Shown here: in pieces, positions 29,508 to 40,404 of the stretch
Numbering within the stretch: the first letter of the stretch is position 1
Layout: each line of letters begins with the position of its first letter
Assembly: GCA_965116475.1 (NCBI GenBank)
Contig: OZ220691.1
Span: 3,483,077 to 3,547,076, forward strand
DNA length: 64,000 nt
Reading direction: 5' to 3'
Origin: Gemmatimonadota bacterium
GTDB taxonomy: Bacteria; Gemmatimonadota; Gemmatimonadetes; Palauibacterales; Palauibacteraceae
Made by a program: the position numbers and the translations under genes
The notes under the pieces: generated by a model
What the model saw: only the letters and a program-made list of their open reading frames with translations
Database searches by the model: none
Told to the model about the DNA's origin: nothing

Positions 29508-30629
29508 GTGGCGCGGCCGCTCCGGATCCTCCTGCTCAACTGGCAGGACCGGGAGAACCCCGAGGCCGGCGGCGCCGAGGTGCACCTCCACGAGATCTTC
29601 GGCCGGCTCGCCGCCCGCGGACACCTGGTGCGGGCCGTCGTGAGCGGCTGGCCGGGCGCGGCCCCCTCCACGACGCTGGACGGCATCGAGTTCCATCGGG
29701 TCGGAAACCGGCACAGCTACGCATGGCGTGCCCGGCGCGCCGCGCGGGGGCTCGTGCGGGACTTCGCCCCCGATGTCCTCGTCGAGGACATCAACAAGAT
29801 CCCGCTTTATTCGCCCCGTTGGGCCGGTGCCCCCGTGGTCGCGCTGGTACCGCACCTGTTCGGGGCCACGGCCTACGCGGAAGCGTCGATCCCCATCGCG
29901 ACGGCGGTGTGGGCCGCGGAACGGGCGATCCCCGGCGTCTATCGGCACTGTCCCTTCCAGGCGATCTCGGAGAGCACGGCGCTCGACCTCACGAAGCGAG
30001 GCCTGCTCGCACGGGACATCACGGTCATCCCGCCCGGCATCGATCACGACACCTATCGTCCGGATCCAGGCACAGTGCGTGCGGAGGGGCCGACGCTGCT
30101 CTACGTGGGCCGCCTCAAGCGCTACAAGGGCCTCGATGTCCTGCTCGAGGCGATGACGCGGCTGAGCGGCCGGCTGCCGGACGCGAGGCTCGTCATCGCC
30201 GGCCGCGGCAGCGACGAGCGTCGCCTGCGAAGGCTCGTGCGGCGCGCCGGACTCTCGCACCGGGTACGCTTTCTGGGGTACATCTCCGAGGAGGAGAAGG
30301 TCGCCTGGCTGCGCCGGGCCTGGGCCGTGGTCTATCCCTCTCCGAAGGAAGGGTGGGGAATGACGAACGTGGAGGCGGCCGCGTGCGGCACGCCGGTGAT
30401 CGCGAGCGATTCGCCCGGGCTGCGCGAGTCGGTGGCGGCGGGGGAATCGGGCCTGCTCGCCCCGCACGGGGACGTCGCGGCGTGGGCGGCTTCGATCCGC
30501 GAAGTTCTCGAGCAGCCGTCGGTGCGCGAACGGCTCGGGAGGGGCGGGGTCGACCACGCGGCCCGGTTCTCGTGGTCGCGTGCAGCGGATGAGACGGAAG
30601 CGCACCTTTATCAATCACTCGAACCCTGA
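29508..30629 (+). CDS. Glycosyltransferase family 4
   Basis: GT-B fold GT4 (LLYVGRLKRYKGLD, EGWGMTNVEAAACGTPVIASD); GTG start after nusB stop. Confidence 0.75.
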   Translation: MARPLRILLLNWQDRENPEAGGAEVHLHEIFGRLAARGHLVRAVVSGWPGAAPSTTLDGIEFHRVGNRHSYAWRARRAARGLVRDFAPDVLVEDINKIPLYSPRWAGAPVVALVPHLFGATAYAEASIPIATAVWAAERAIPGVYRHCPFQAISESTALDLTKRGLLARDITVIPPGIDHDTYRPDPGTVRAEGPTLLYVGRLKRYKGLDVLLEAMTRLSGRLPDARLVIAGRGSDERRLRRLVRRAGLSHRVRFLGYISEEEKVAWLRRAWAVVYPSPKEGWGMTNVEAAACGTPVIASDSPGLRESVAAGESGLLAPHGDVAAWAASIREVLEQPSVRERLGRGGVDHAARFSWSRAADETEAHLYQSLEP

Positions 30630-30638
30630 TGAGGACCG

Positions 30639-30986
30639 ATGCGAACCATCGTCACCGCGCGCAACACCGATGTCTCGGACATTCGCGAGATCATCGAGAC
30701 GCGCTTTGCGAACCTGACTCGTTTCGAGCCGCGCGCGTCGAAGGCCGAGATCGTATTCACGGGAGAGAAGACGCAGGTGCGCGCGGCGGCCGTGATCAGC
30801 GTCGACCGCGCCCGCCCCGTGCACGGCGAGGCGGCGGGTCCCGATCCCCGCACGGCGCTCGACCGGCTCGCGGACAAGCTCGGAAACCAGCTCCGCCGCA
30901 ACCACGACCGGTACAACGAGCACTCGGCGCCGCCGATGGATGAGCTGTTCGGGAATCCCTTCGAGGCGGGCGGAGAAGCCGGGTGA
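30639..30986 (+). CDS. hpf: Ribosome hibernation promoting factor
   Basis: 115-aa RaiA/HPF fold. Confidence 0.85.
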   Translation: MRTIVTARNTDVSDIREIIETRFANLTRFEPRASKAEIVFTGEKTQVRAAAVISVDRARPVHGEAAGPDPRTALDRLADKLGNQLRRNHDRYNEHSAPPMDELFGNPFEAGGEAG

Positions 30987-31939
30987 CCCTCACGGTCGCG
31001 TCGCTGCTCCGACGCAAGCAGGAAGCGTTTTCGCTCACGGTCGTGGCCGGCGAGTCCGGCATCGAGCGCGAGATCGAGGTGCCGGAAGTCTCGTCGCCGG
31101 GACTCGCTCTGGCGGGCTACAGGGAACGCTTCGTCTCCCAGCGGGTGCTCATCTTCGGCGAAACGGAGATCGCCTATCTCGATAGCCTCCGCGGTTCGGA
31201 ACGCGCCGCCGCTCTCAAGTTCGTGTTCGAGTCCGGCGTTCCCTGCGCGATCGTCACCAAGAACCAGGCGCCGCCGAAGGAACTGATCTCCGCGGCGGAG
31301 GCGGCCGGCGTGGCCGTGCTGGAAACGCCCCTGAAGACGGGCGATTTCTACCGGAGGCTGCAGCCCTATCTCGAGGAAGAGTTCGCGCCCCGAACCTCTC
31401 TTCACGGGTCGCTCGCGGATGTGTACGGGATCGGCCTCCTCTTCATCGGGCCCTCCGGCATCGGCAAGAGCGAGTGCGTGCTCGACCTCGTGGAGCGGGG
31501 CCACCGCCTCGTCGCCGACGATCTCATTCTCGTGCACCGCCGCCAGAGCGACATCCTCCTCGGGCGCGCGCACGAACACCAGCGCCATCACATGGAGATC
31601 CGGGGCGTGGGCATCATCGATGTGCGCGCCATGTTCGGGATCCGGGCCGTGCGCCAGCAGAAGCGGATCGAGGTCGTCGTCGAACTCGAGGTCTGGGGAG
31701 AGCGCGATGACTACGATCGAACGGGCCTGGAGGCGGAGGAGTGCGAGATCCTGGGCGTAAAGCTGCCGAAGGTCCGCATCCCCCTGAACCCGGGCAAGAA
31801 CATCACCGTCATCGCCGAAGTCGTGGCGATGAACCATCTCCTGCGCTATTCCGGGGAAGACCCGGCGGCGGCGTTCGAGCGCGACCTCATCGAGCGCATG
31901 CGGCCGGTGCGCGACTACCTCGAGTCCGATGACGAATAG
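30983..31939 (+). CDS. hprK: HPr kinase/phosphorylase
   Basis: P-loop GPSGIGKSE, LVADD, signature HMEIRG. Confidence 0.9.
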   Translation: MTLTVASLLRRKQEAFSLTVVAGESGIEREIEVPEVSSPGLALAGYRERFVSQRVLIFGETEIAYLDSLRGSERAAALKFVFESGVPCAIVTKNQAPPKELISAAEAAGVAVLETPLKTGDFYRRLQPYLEEEFAPRTSLHGSLADVYGIGLLFIGPSGIGKSECVLDLVERGHRLVADDLILVHRRQSDILLGRAHEHQRHHMEIRGVGIIDVRAMFGIRAVRQQKRIEVVVELEVWGERDDYDRTGLEAEECEILGVKLPKVRIPLNPGKNITVIAEVVAMNHLLRYSGEDPAAAFERDLIERMRPVRDYLESDDE

Positions 31940-32330
31940 CCGGGTCCGCGGCGTCGTCGTGGCGCATTCGGAACTCGCGCATGCCCTCGTGTCCGCCGTC
32001 GAGGCCATCAGCGGCGTCGGCGGCGCGCTGCATGCCGTGAGCAACGATGGTCTGGGACCCGACGAACTGGTCGAGATCATCGGAGAGGCGGCGGGCGGTG
32101 CGGAGGCGATCCTCTTCGTGGACCTTGCGGGCGGCAGTTGCAGCCTGGCCAGCCTTCGGCACGTGCGGGAGAGCGGCGGCGGCGCGTGGATCACGGGCGT
32201 CAACCTTCCGATGCTGCTCGACTTCGTCTTTCACCGCGAGATGCCGCTCGAAGCGCTCGTCCCGCGCCTTCTCCGGAAGGGACGGGCCGGACAGCGTGCG
32301 CACCCGCCTCCGTCGGCCGGGACCGACTGA
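31929..32330 (+). CDS. PTS EIIA component, mannose family
   Basis: 133-aa EIIA-Man fold; N-terminal VVVAHSELAHAL. Confidence 0.75.
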   Translation: MTNSRVRGVVVAHSELAHALVSAVEAISGVGGALHAVSNDGLGPDELVEIIGEAAGGAEAILFVDLAGGSCSLASLRHVRESGGGAWITGVNLPMLLDFVFHREMPLEALVPRLLRKGRAGQRAHPPPSAGTD

Positions 32331-32339
32331 GCGGGACGC

Positions 32340-32819
32340 ATGCCGCTCGAACTCCTGCGGATCGATGAGCGTCTGATCCACGGACAGGTGCTCGTGGGTT
32401 GGGGGCGGCCCCTGGACCTCGATTTCTACGTCATCGTCGACGATCTGCTCGCCTCCAGCGAATGGGAGCAGGAACTCTGGGCCAGCGCGCTCGCCGACGA
32501 GGAGCGGGCCGAGTTCCTCGGGGTGGACGAGGCGGCACGGCGCTTCGGGGAGCTGAGCGCCCGGGTGGAACGCGGCGCGCTCCTGACGCGGGATACGGCG
32601 ACGATGCGGGCGCTGGCGGAGCGGGGATGTCTCGACGGGCGGGCGGTGAACGTGGGCGGCGTGTACGCCGCGGGAGGGCGGCAGAAGATCCTCGACTACG
32701 TGCATCTCTCCCCGGCGGAGGTCGAGGATCTGCGGGTGATCGGTGAGCACGCTCCCGTGAGCGCCCGGAACCTCCCCACCGCACCCGAGGTCCGTCTCGA
32801 CGCCCGGAAGCTTCGATGA
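32340..32819 (+). CDS. PTS EIIB component, mannose/sorbose family
   Basis: LLRIDERLIHGQV N-terminus with phospho-His. Confidence 0.75.
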   Translation: MPLELLRIDERLIHGQVLVGWGRPLDLDFYVIVDDLLASSEWEQELWASALADEERAEFLGVDEAARRFGELSARVERGALLTRDTATMRALAERGCLDGRAVNVGGVYAAGGRQKILDYVHLSPAEVEDLRVIGEHAPVSARNLPTAPEVRLDARKLR

Positions 32820-33514
32820 CCGGGGTGGAGCTTGCGGCGGGCGACTGGGCATTGGCCTGCCTGCTCGCCGCGGTCATCGGTCTCGACGAGGTGTCCTGGC
32901 CGCAGGCCATGTGGTCGCGGCCCATCGTGGCCGGCACGCTGGGAGGGGTGCTTTTCGGGGCGCCCGCCGCGGGGTGCGTGGTCGGCGCCTGGCTGCAACT
33001 CGTCCTGTCGCGGCATCCCCCCTTCGGCGGTGCGCGGCATCCGGAGACCGGGCCGGCTTCGTTTACGGCGGGAGCGGCGTACGCGATCGGCGGCGGCGGC
33101 GCCCCGGCCGGCATCGTCGCCGCGGTGGCGGTCGGCTGGGCGGTCGGCTGGACGGGCGCGTACTCCGTGACGCTCCTCCGGCGCGTGACGCCGCGGCTCG
33201 TCTCGCGGCCGGACGGGTTTTCCGGAGGAGCTGCCGCCCTCGCGCGACGGCACAGGCTGGCGATGGCGCTGGACGGGCTGCGCGCCGGATTGCTCGTCGC
33301 CACGCTGCTCGTGCCGTCCGCGCTGTTCGTGCGCCTGCTGTCGGCGCAGCCACCCGGCGCGCCGGGCGCCGCCTGGTGGTTCGCCCTCGCCGGACTCGGG
33401 CTTGCCGGGGCCGCGGGCGTCGCGGCTCGCGGGCTCGGCGCGCGGGCCCGCCACTGGCCCGCACTGGCCGCCGGATGTGTCCTGGGAACGCTGCTTGCCC
33501 GGGTGTTCTCATGA
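32816..33514 (+). CDS. PTS EIIC component, mannose-family-like (short)
   Basis: Polytopic membrane protein in EIIC position; 232 aa is short for the family. Confidence 0.55.
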   Translation: MTGVELAAGDWALACLLAAVIGLDEVSWPQAMWSRPIVAGTLGGVLFGAPAAGCVVGAWLQLVLSRHPPFGGARHPETGPASFTAGAAYAIGGGGAPAGIVAAVAVGWAVGWTGAYSVTLLRRVTPRLVSRPDGFSGGAAALARRHRLAMALDGLRAGLLVATLLVPSALFVRLLSAQPPGAPGAAWWFALAGLGLAGAAGVAARGLGARARHWPALAAGCVLGTLLARVFS

Positions 33515-34239
33515 GGCCGCGCCGGAGGGACTTCGCCCGCGCCGTCCTGCGCAGTTTCTCCATCCAGGGCTCATGGAACGACCGTACGATGACGGGGCCC
33601 GGCCTGGCGCATGCGCTCGCGCCGCTGCTGGCGCGCATCCACGCGGACGATCGCACCGCGTTCCGGGAGGCCGTGCAGCGCCATTCGCGCGCCTTCAACG
33701 CGCATCCGTACCTGGCCCCCGTCGCGATCGGGGCCCTTGCGCGTCTCGAGTCGGATGGCGCCGACCCCGACACCCTGTCGCGCTTCCGGTCCGCCCTCCG
33801 CGCGCCGCTCGGGGCCCTCGGCGACGGCGTCGCGTGGGCCGGGTGGCGGCCCTTCTGCACGTCCGCCGCCGCCATCGCGTTCGTGCTGGGACTCGACGCC
33901 CTGTTCGCCGCCGGCGCGTTCCTCGTCGTGTACAATGCCGGCCACCTCGGCCTCCGCATCTGGGGGCTGCGCTGCGGCTGGCGAGCGGGCCGGTCCGTCG
34001 CATCGGCGTTGAAGCGCGCGCCGCTGCGCCGGCTGGAGAGGGCGCTCGTGCTCGCAAACCAGGTGCTCATCGGGGCCCTCGCCGCGCTGCTCATCGGCCA
34101 GCTTCCGGGAACCGGCCCCATCCCCTGGCGGGACGGCGGTGCAGTCATCGTGGCGTTGATGGGTTATCTTGTTCCGCGACACATCTCGGCGGTCGCCATG
34201 GCGAGCCTCCTTGCCGCGTGCGCGGCGTGGCTCCTGTGA
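33511..34239 (+). CDS. PTS EIID component, mannose-family-like
   Basis: N-terminal cytoplasmic region (RSFSIQGSWNDRTM, PYLAPVAIGALARLE) then TM helices; ATG overlaps EIIC stop. Confidence 0.6.
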   Translation: MRPRRRDFARAVLRSFSIQGSWNDRTMTGPGLAHALAPLLARIHADDRTAFREAVQRHSRAFNAHPYLAPVAIGALARLESDGADPDTLSRFRSALRAPLGALGDGVAWAGWRPFCTSAAAIAFVLGLDALFAAGAFLVVYNAGHLGLRIWGLRCGWRAGRSVASALKRAPLRRLERALVLANQVLIGALAALLIGQLPGTGPIPWRDGGAVIVALMGYLVPRHISAVAMASLLAACAAWLL

Positions 34240-34318
34240 GCGTCCCGGCAGGCGGTGCAGCCTGCCGCGACGCACGGCCCGACGCCGATCGTTCGCTCGA
34301 CCGGAGCGGAGAGTTTCC

Positions 34319-34627
34319 GTGACCACGCGACACGAAGCAGCGGTACGTATACGGAACCGGCTGGGGCTGCACGCCCGCCCGGCCGCGGAGTTCGTTAAGC
34401 TGGCGAGCCGCTTCCGGGCCGAGGTGTGGGTCGAGAAGGATGAACTGGAAGTGAACGGGAAGAGCATCATGGGCGTGATGATGCTCGCGGCCGAGGCCGG
34501 CGCTGCCATCCGTATCCGGGCCGCGGGGTCCGACGCGGAGAACGCCGTCGATTCGCTCACCGAACTCGTTCTGTCCGGGTTCAGCGAGGGACTCGCTCCG
34601 GACGTGGACACGGACGGGCCGGCGTGA
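34319..34627 (+). CDS. ptsH: Phosphocarrier protein HPr
   Basis: GLHARPAAEFV around phospho-His15; regulatory Ser46 region (KSIMGVMML). Confidence 0.8.
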   Translation: MTTRHEAAVRIRNRLGLHARPAAEFVKLASRFRAEVWVEKDELEVNGKSIMGVMMLAAEAGAAIRIRAAGSDAENAVDSLTELVLSGFSEGLAPDVDTDGPA

Positions 34628-36372
34628 GCGAAGTCATTCACGGAATCGGGGCCGCGCCCGGACGTGCGCTCGGGGTGGTTCGGCGACTCGAGCGTCACGA
34701 GTGGCGGCCGGAGCACCGGACGATCGCGCCCGACGCCGTCGAGCGTGAGGTGGCGCGTTTCGAGGAGGCGCTGGCCTGGGCCGCGGACCGTGTCCGGGAC
34801 ACGCGCGAACAGGCCGCGCGCTCGCTGGGCGAAGTGGAAGCGAACATCTTCGACCCGCAGATTCTGATCCTCTCGGACCCCGACCTCGTCGCGGGCACCA
34901 TCCGCTATGTCCGGGAGAACTTCCTCTCGGCGGAGCGCGCCTTCGACTGGCGCCTGACCGAACTTCGGACGGCGATCATCGATGCGGGGCACTTCATGGT
35001 CGTCGACCGGCTGGCCGACCTGCGGGACATTCGGTCTCGCGTCCTCGCGCGGCTCACCGGCCACGACGAGGATCCGCTCGCACTTCCCGGGGAGCCCGGG
35101 CTCATCGCCGTTGACGACCTCACGCCCAGCTTCGCGGTGGGCCTCGACCCGGCACTCGTTCGCGGGGTGGCGAGCGGATCGGGGTCGCGAACCTCGCACA
35201 GCACCCTGGTCGCCCGCTCGCTGGGCATTCCGGCGGTCGTCGGACTCGGCGCCGACCTCGCGAAGATCGAAGATGGAACCACCGTCCTCCTCGACGGAGG
35301 CAACGGTCGGGTCCTCATCGAGCCCACGGACGCGGAGAAGGCGGCGCATGTGCGGATGGTCCGCCGCCTTGCCGGGCGTCCCGCCGCCGACCTCACGCGG
35401 GAACCCGCGCCTCTGCTGACGGCGGACGGGGTGCGCGTGCATCTCCGGGCGAACATCGATCAGCCGCACGATGTGCCGGCGGCCCGGCGTGTGGGCGCCG
35501 AGGGGGTGGGGCTCTTCCGGTCCGAGTTCCTGGTCATCGGGCGGCGGGTGATTCCGAGCGAGGAGGAGCAGTACGAAGCCTACCGCGAGGTCGTGGACGG
35601 GTTCCCGAACCACCCCGTGACGCTCCGGACGTTCGATATCGGCGGCGACAAGTTCCCGCTCTTCCTCGACCTTCCTCCGGAGGAAAACCCCTATCTGGGC
35701 TGGCGCGCCATCCGCGTCTGCCTGGACCGGCCGCAACTCTTCCGCAACCAGTTGCGCGCCGCGATCCGGGCCGGGGGGCCGTCAGCCCGCATGCGGATCC
35801 TCGTCCCCTTCGTCATCTGCGAGACCGAGATCCTGCGCACGAAGGACATTGTGGCGGAAGTCGGCCGCGAACTGGGTCAGACGGAACCCGTTTCCTTCGG
35901 CGTGATGGTGGAGACGCCCGCGCTTGCCGACACGCTCGATCTCGTGGGGCGGCACCTGGATTTCATCAGTCTCGGCACGAACGACCTGACGCAGTATTCC
36001 CTGGCCGTGGACCGCGGCAACGCCCGGCTCCAGCATCTCTCGAACCCCATGCATCCCGCGCTCCTCCGCAGCTATGAGCGGATTGTCAACACGGCCACCG
36101 CCCTCGACCTCGACATCGGCGTTTGCGGAGACCTTGCCGCGGAGCCGGTAGGGCTCGCCCTCCTGCTCGCCCTCGGCTATCGGGACTTCAGTCTCGCGCC
36201 TGCGTCGATTCCCGAAGTGAGGGAACTCGTCGGACTTCTTTCGGTGGCGGAGCTGTCGGAACTCTGGAACCGCGTCGGTCGCGATGGCTCCCCTTCCGGG
36301 ATGCCCGGCGAAGTCCTCGCGCGGCTGGAGGACGCGATTCCGGTCGAACCGTCGCCGCTGTACGTCTCCTGA
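34624..36372 (+). CDS. ptsI: Phosphoenolpyruvate-protein phosphotransferase (Enzyme I)
   Basis: EI family; phospho-His domain ([21 protein letters not shown]), PEP-utilising C-terminal domain. Confidence 0.95.
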   Translation: MSEVIHGIGAAPGRALGVVRRLERHEWRPEHRTIAPDAVEREVARFEEALAWAADRVRDTREQAARSLGEVEANIFDPQILILSDPDLVAGTIRYVRENFLSAERAFDWRLTELRTAIIDAGHFMVVDRLADLRDIRSRVLARLTGHDEDPLALPGEPGLIAVDDLTPSFAVGLDPALVRGVASGSGSRTSHSTLVARSLGIPAVVGLGADLAKIEDGTTVLLDGGNGRVLIEPTDAEKAAHVRMVRRLAGRPAADLTREPAPLLTADGVRVHLRANIDQPHDVPAARRVGAEGVGLFRSEFLVIGRRVIPSEEEQYEAYREVVDGFPNHPVTLRTFDIGGDKFPLFLDLPPEENPYLGWRAIRVCLDRPQLFRNQLRAAIRAGGPSARMRILVPFVICETEILRTKDIVAEVGRELGQTEPVSFGVMVETPALADTLDLVGRHLDFISLGTNDLTQYSLAVDRGNARLQHLSNPMHPALLRSYERIVNTATALDLDIGVCGDLAAEPVGLALLLALGYRDFSLAPASIPEVRELVGLLSVAELSELWNRVGRDGSPSGMPGEVLARLEDAIPVEPSPLYVS

Positions 36373-36478
36373 ACCCGCGGCGGCGACGTTGCCTCCGCCC
36401 GGTCAGGCGGCCACTATCCTGACCGCTACGCCTCCTGCGGTGCTCCGCCGCGAACCTCGAAGTGGGAGAATCAGCCTC

Positions 36479-37621
36479 GTGAAGGGGATACAACCGTTTT
36501 CCTCCGAATCCGTGACCGAGGGACACCCCGACAAGGTCGCGGACCAGATATCGGACGCGGTCCTCGACTGCATCCTCGCGAAGGACGACCGGGGCCGCGT
36601 CGCGTGCGAGACGCTCGTGACGACCGGCCTCGTTCTTGTGACCGGCGAGATCACCACGGCCGCCGGGATCGACATCGCCGCCATCGCCCGGGAAGTGCTG
36701 CGCGACATCGGCTACACGCGCGCGGAGCACGGAATCCGGTGGGACACGTGCAGCGTGCTCACCGCGATCGACGAGCAGTCGGCGAACATCGCCCAGGGCG
36801 TGGATGTCGGCGGCGCCGGAGATCAGGGGATGATGTTCGGATACGCGACCGATGAGACGCCGGAGTTGATGCCCCTTCCCATCATGCTGGCGCACGCGCT
36901 GTCGAAGCGCCTGGCCGACGTGCGGAGATCGGGAGGCATCGGGTGGCTGCGGCCGGACGGGAAGGCACAGGTGTCGGTCGAATACCGGGACGGGGAACCG
37001 GCGAGGATCACCACGGTGGTCGTCTCGGCCCAGCACGACGGCGACGTCGCGCAGGAAGAAATCGAGGCGGCGATCCGGGAGGAAGTCATCGGGCCCGTCC
37101 TGCCGGACGACCTTTACGACGAAGACGGGGCGCAGTGCCACATCAACCCGACGGGCCGGTTCGAGATCGGCGGGCCACAGGGCGATGCCGGCCTCACCGG
37201 GCGGAAGATCATCGTGGACACATACGGCGGCGTGGGCCGGCACGGCGGCGGCGCCTTTTCGGGGAAGGACCCGTCGAAGGTCGACCGCTCGGCGGCGTAT
37301 GCGGCCCGCTGGATCGCCAAGAACCTCGTCGCGGCGGAACTCGCGCGCCGCGCCGAAGTCCAGCTCGCCTACGCCATCGGCGTCGAGGAGCCGGTCAGTG
37401 TGATGGTCGACACCTTCGGCACGGGACGCCGGCCGGACGACGAACTCGCACGGCGGGTGACGGAGGTTTTCGACCTGCGGCCGCGAGCCATCATGGAGCG
37501 GCTCGGACTCCGGAAGCCGATCTACCGCCGGACCGCCGCCTACGGACACTTCGGTCGCGAGCCGGAGGGCGACGCGTTCACGTGGGAGAGAACCGATCGG
37601 ACCGATGCCCTCGCCGGCTAG
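36479..37621 (+). CDS. metK: S-adenosylmethionine synthetase
   Basis: [17 protein letters not shown]; [16 protein letters not shown]; GTG start. Confidence 0.95.
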   Translation: MKGIQPFSSESVTEGHPDKVADQISDAVLDCILAKDDRGRVACETLVTTGLVLVTGEITTAAGIDIAAIAREVLRDIGYTRAEHGIRWDTCSVLTAIDEQSANIAQGVDVGGAGDQGMMFGYATDETPELMPLPIMLAHALSKRLADVRRSGGIGWLRPDGKAQVSVEYRDGEPARITTVVVSAQHDGDVAQEEIEAAIREEVIGPVLPDDLYDEDGAQCHINPTGRFEIGGPQGDAGLTGRKIIVDTYGGVGRHGGGAFSGKDPSKVDRSAAYAARWIAKNLVAAELARRAEVQLAYAIGVEEPVSVMVDTFGTGRRPDDELARRVTEVFDLRPRAIMERLGLRKPIYRRTAAYGHFGREPEGDAFTWERTDRTDALAG

Positions 37622-37639
37622 CCAGCGGAGGGGGGTGGA

Positions 37640-38179
37640 ATGACGGAGTCCGGGATGCGGGAGGTCGCCGTGGCCAGCCTCGGACTCGACAAGACGACGG
37701 GCGCCCCCGTCGTCATTCTCAGGGAGAAGGACGGTGAGCGCTTCCTCCCGATCTGGATCGGACCCGGCGAGGCCTCGGCCATCGCGATGGAACTCGCCGG
37801 AGTCCAGTTCACGCGCCCCCTCACGCACGATCTCTTCAACGCCGTGGTGCGCGGGCTTGACAGCACCTTCGTCCGCGTACTCATCACGAAGGTCGTCGAC
37901 AACACCTACTACGCGTCGCTCGTATTCCGGCGAGAGGACGAGTTCATCTCCATCGACGCCCGTCCCAGCGACAGCATCGCGCTGGCGCTTCGCGCCGGGG
38001 TCCCGATTCATGCGGCGGAGAGTCTCCTCGAAGCGAGCGCGTTCGAGATCGAGGAGACCGGAGTGGCCGAGGGAGAGGCGCCGTCTCCCGGGGCCGGGCC
38101 ATCCCGAGCCCCGGAGGAGCCGCTGAGCGACTACCTCAAGGGGTTGGATCCTGAGGACTTCGGCCGTTTCGAGCCCTGA
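37640..38179 (+). CDS. Bifunctional nuclease (BFN/DUF151) family protein
   Basis: BFN domain pattern (PVVILRE...RFLPIWIG..EA.AI...L.G....RPLTHDL). Confidence 0.7.
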   Translation: MTESGMREVAVASLGLDKTTGAPVVILREKDGERFLPIWIGPGEASAIAMELAGVQFTRPLTHDLFNAVVRGLDSTFVRVLITKVVDNTYYASLVFRREDEFISIDARPSDSIALALRAGVPIHAAESLLEASAFEIEETGVAEGEAPSPGAGPSRAPEEPLSDYLKGLDPEDFGRFEP

Positions 38180-38433
38180 AGGGCGCGGCCTGCCGGAACG
38201 CCGTTTCCCGCGTGTCGCCGGGAGCCGACGAGCGGCGCTTCGTCGCCAATAGTGGCCCTCCAAACGTTATTCTGAGGGAAGCTCGGTGACCCGGACGGCC
38301 GGTGCGGCGTCCGCTTGCCGTTCACGACCCGCGAGCGGACCTTGCCGGGAAGCACCCAACCGCCGCGATACGGCCGGCTCCCGGTCGGCGATCGGTCGCG
38401 GGCCGCACAGGCTGGGCATCAGAGGAGCGGATC

Positions 38434-39570
38434 ATGCGGAGACGTAGCCGGATACAGATTGGCACCCTGGCGGTCCTCGCCGGGTGTGGCGGCTCGAACG
38501 GGACGGGCCCGGATGAGCCCGACATCGTAACCCCCGAGCGGTCGGAGTTCGCCGTGCTCAACTCCATCTCGGGGACCCTGCAGCAGTTCAACAGGATCGG
38601 TGGCGAGATCGTCCCCTTCGGGCCTGACATCCAGATGGGGGCGGGGTTCACGGGCCGGACCGCGGATTTCATTCAGGATCTGTGGGTGACGGCGTGGGAC
38701 ACTCCGGAGGGGAGCAACGTCCTCTTCGGGTCATTCTCGACCGACGAACGGACGACGGCCGCGTTTCCGAACAACGCCATCGTGGACCCGGGCAAACCCA
38801 CCGTGATCTTCGATGCGGGCGGCACCGTCGGGGCGCTCATCCCCGCCCGGGCACTGGATGCGGTGTACGTGGCCTTCCCCGGCACTCCGATGGCGCAGAT
38901 TGCGGTCGAGGCGGTGGGCACCTTCGTGGAGAGGGTGATCCCGGCGGGGCAGTTCCTGGTCTCCGTCGACGGCAACCTCGACGACGAGGACGGCGGAAGG
39001 GAGCCCCTCGGCCCGCCCCGCATCGTCCTCCACGAGTTCATCAGCGGCAGCTACTTCGATGAGTTGAGGCTTCCGGAAGGCACCGTCGGGGTCACCGAGG
39101 CCGTCGTGCTCGAAGACAACATGCTCCTGCTGGCCGGCGGCGGGGTCGATCCGCTGACCTCCGCCCCGCAGGGGGACGGGAATCTCGTCGAGATCGACAT
39201 GTCGGCCCGGAGCGTGCAGGACGTGAACGCCCTCGGCGGAAACGGAATCTCCATGGAAGCCGGGCGCGACGGGCTCGTCTACGTCGTGCGAACGAAGCAC
39301 GTCGAAGCGGCGGAGACGGACGTGCTGACGTTCAGTTTTGCGGTTCGGTCATGGGTGAACGGGCCGGAAAACCCGATCCAGCCGCGCGACCGCGACGGCT
39401 CGAATCTCAGCTGCCGGGTCGCGGCCGGATTCCTGGACGGCCAGATCCTCTGCGCCACCTACGTGGCCGCGGGCCAGGGACGCCTCGTTCTCCTCTCGGC
39501 CGAGGGCGAGTTCATCGACGAGGCGCCGATCGGGGCGGGAACGACCGATATTCTGCTTCGACCCGGCTGA
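38434..39570 (+). CDS. Hypothetical lipoprotein
   Basis: Lipobox LAGCGG at the internal ATG, preceded by GGAGCGG; no family assignable. Confidence 0.5.
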   Translation: MRRRSRIQIGTLAVLAGCGGSNGTGPDEPDIVTPERSEFAVLNSISGTLQQFNRIGGEIVPFGPDIQMGAGFTGRTADFIQDLWVTAWDTPEGSNVLFGSFSTDERTTAAFPNNAIVDPGKPTVIFDAGGTVGALIPARALDAVYVAFPGTPMAQIAVEAVGTFVERVIPAGQFLVSVDGNLDDEDGGREPLGPPRIVLHEFISGSYFDELRLPEGTVGVTEAVVLEDNMLLLAGGGVDPLTSAPQGDGNLVEIDMSARSVQDVNALGGNGISMEAGRDGLVYVVRTKHVEAAETDVLTFSFAVRSWVNGPENPIQPRDRDGSNLSCRVAAGFLDGQILCATYVAAGQGRLVLLSAEGEFIDEAPIGAGTTDILLRPG

Positions 39571-39642
39571 CCGCGTCCGGGCGAGCGCCTCGCAGCTCTC
39601 GGCGCCGACGCGGGGTCTTGTCACGGACTGCCAGGAGGCCGA

Positions 39643-40374
39643 GTGGGACTCGTAACGACGCGGGCGGTGGTCCTCCAGACGTACAGGTATAGCGAAACCA
39701 GCAAGATCCTGCGGCTGATGACGTGGGAAGTCGGCCCCTGTTCCGCGCTCGCCCGCGGGGCGCTGCGCCCTCGAAGCCGTTTCGGAGGCCTGCTGGAACC
39801 CTTCGTGGAAGGGGAGGCGACGTTCTACAGCCGGCAGGGACGCGATCTGCATACCCTCTCCAACTTCGAACTCCTCCGCGACCGGAGAGGACTCGACCGC
39901 TCGATCGAACTCTTCACGATCGCATCCGTCCTCTGCGAGCTCGTCATGCGCCTCGCCCCGGAGCACCGCGACGCGGAACTGTACCGAACGCTGACGGAGG
40001 GTCTCGACGGACTCCATGGCCGGGTCCGGAAGGGGGCGGCGACCGGCGGGCTCGAGTACGTCTGGGGTGTGGTCAACGCCCTCGGCTTCCGCCCCGAGAT
40101 CGAACATTGCGTCGGCTGCCGGAATCCCATCGGGGCAGCGGGCGTGCGCTTCGACTTCGAGGCCGGCGGGCTTCGCTGCGGCTCGTGCGGGTCGGTCGGG
40201 CCGGGACTCGATCCCGCGGAGCTCGATGCCCTGCGGCGTCTGGTATCCGGCGGGCCGGCGGAACGGAGCCGCGCCAACGGTCGCCAGGGGCGCTGGGTGG
40301 CCGAGTTCATCCGGCACCACGTGGCCGAGGGGGCACAATTGAAGTCCCTGCCATTCCTCAGTCGGCTGGGCTGA
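39643..40374 (+). CDS. recO: DNA repair protein RecO
   Basis: OB-fold N-terminus (AVVLQTYRYSETSKILRL), C-terminal CxxC...CxxC zinc finger. Confidence 0.85.
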   Translation: MGLVTTRAVVLQTYRYSETSKILRLMTWEVGPCSALARGALRPRSRFGGLLEPFVEGEATFYSRQGRDLHTLSNFELLRDRRGLDRSIELFTIASVLCELVMRLAPEHRDAELYRTLTEGLDGLHGRVRKGAATGGLEYVWGVVNALGFRPEIEHCVGCRNPIGAAGVRFDFEAGGLRCGSCGSVGPGLDPAELDALRRLVSGGPAERSRANGRQGRWVAEFIRHHVAEGAQLKSLPFLSRLG

Positions 40375-40404
40375 GCGCCCCGTGAACCGACCGGTGAGCG
40401 CACC

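Noticed and set aside
36373-36478. Possible SAM riboswitch upstream of metK
   Set aside because: The 106-nt leader shows none of the SAM-I or SAM-II conserved cores that I can recognise by eye; not called.
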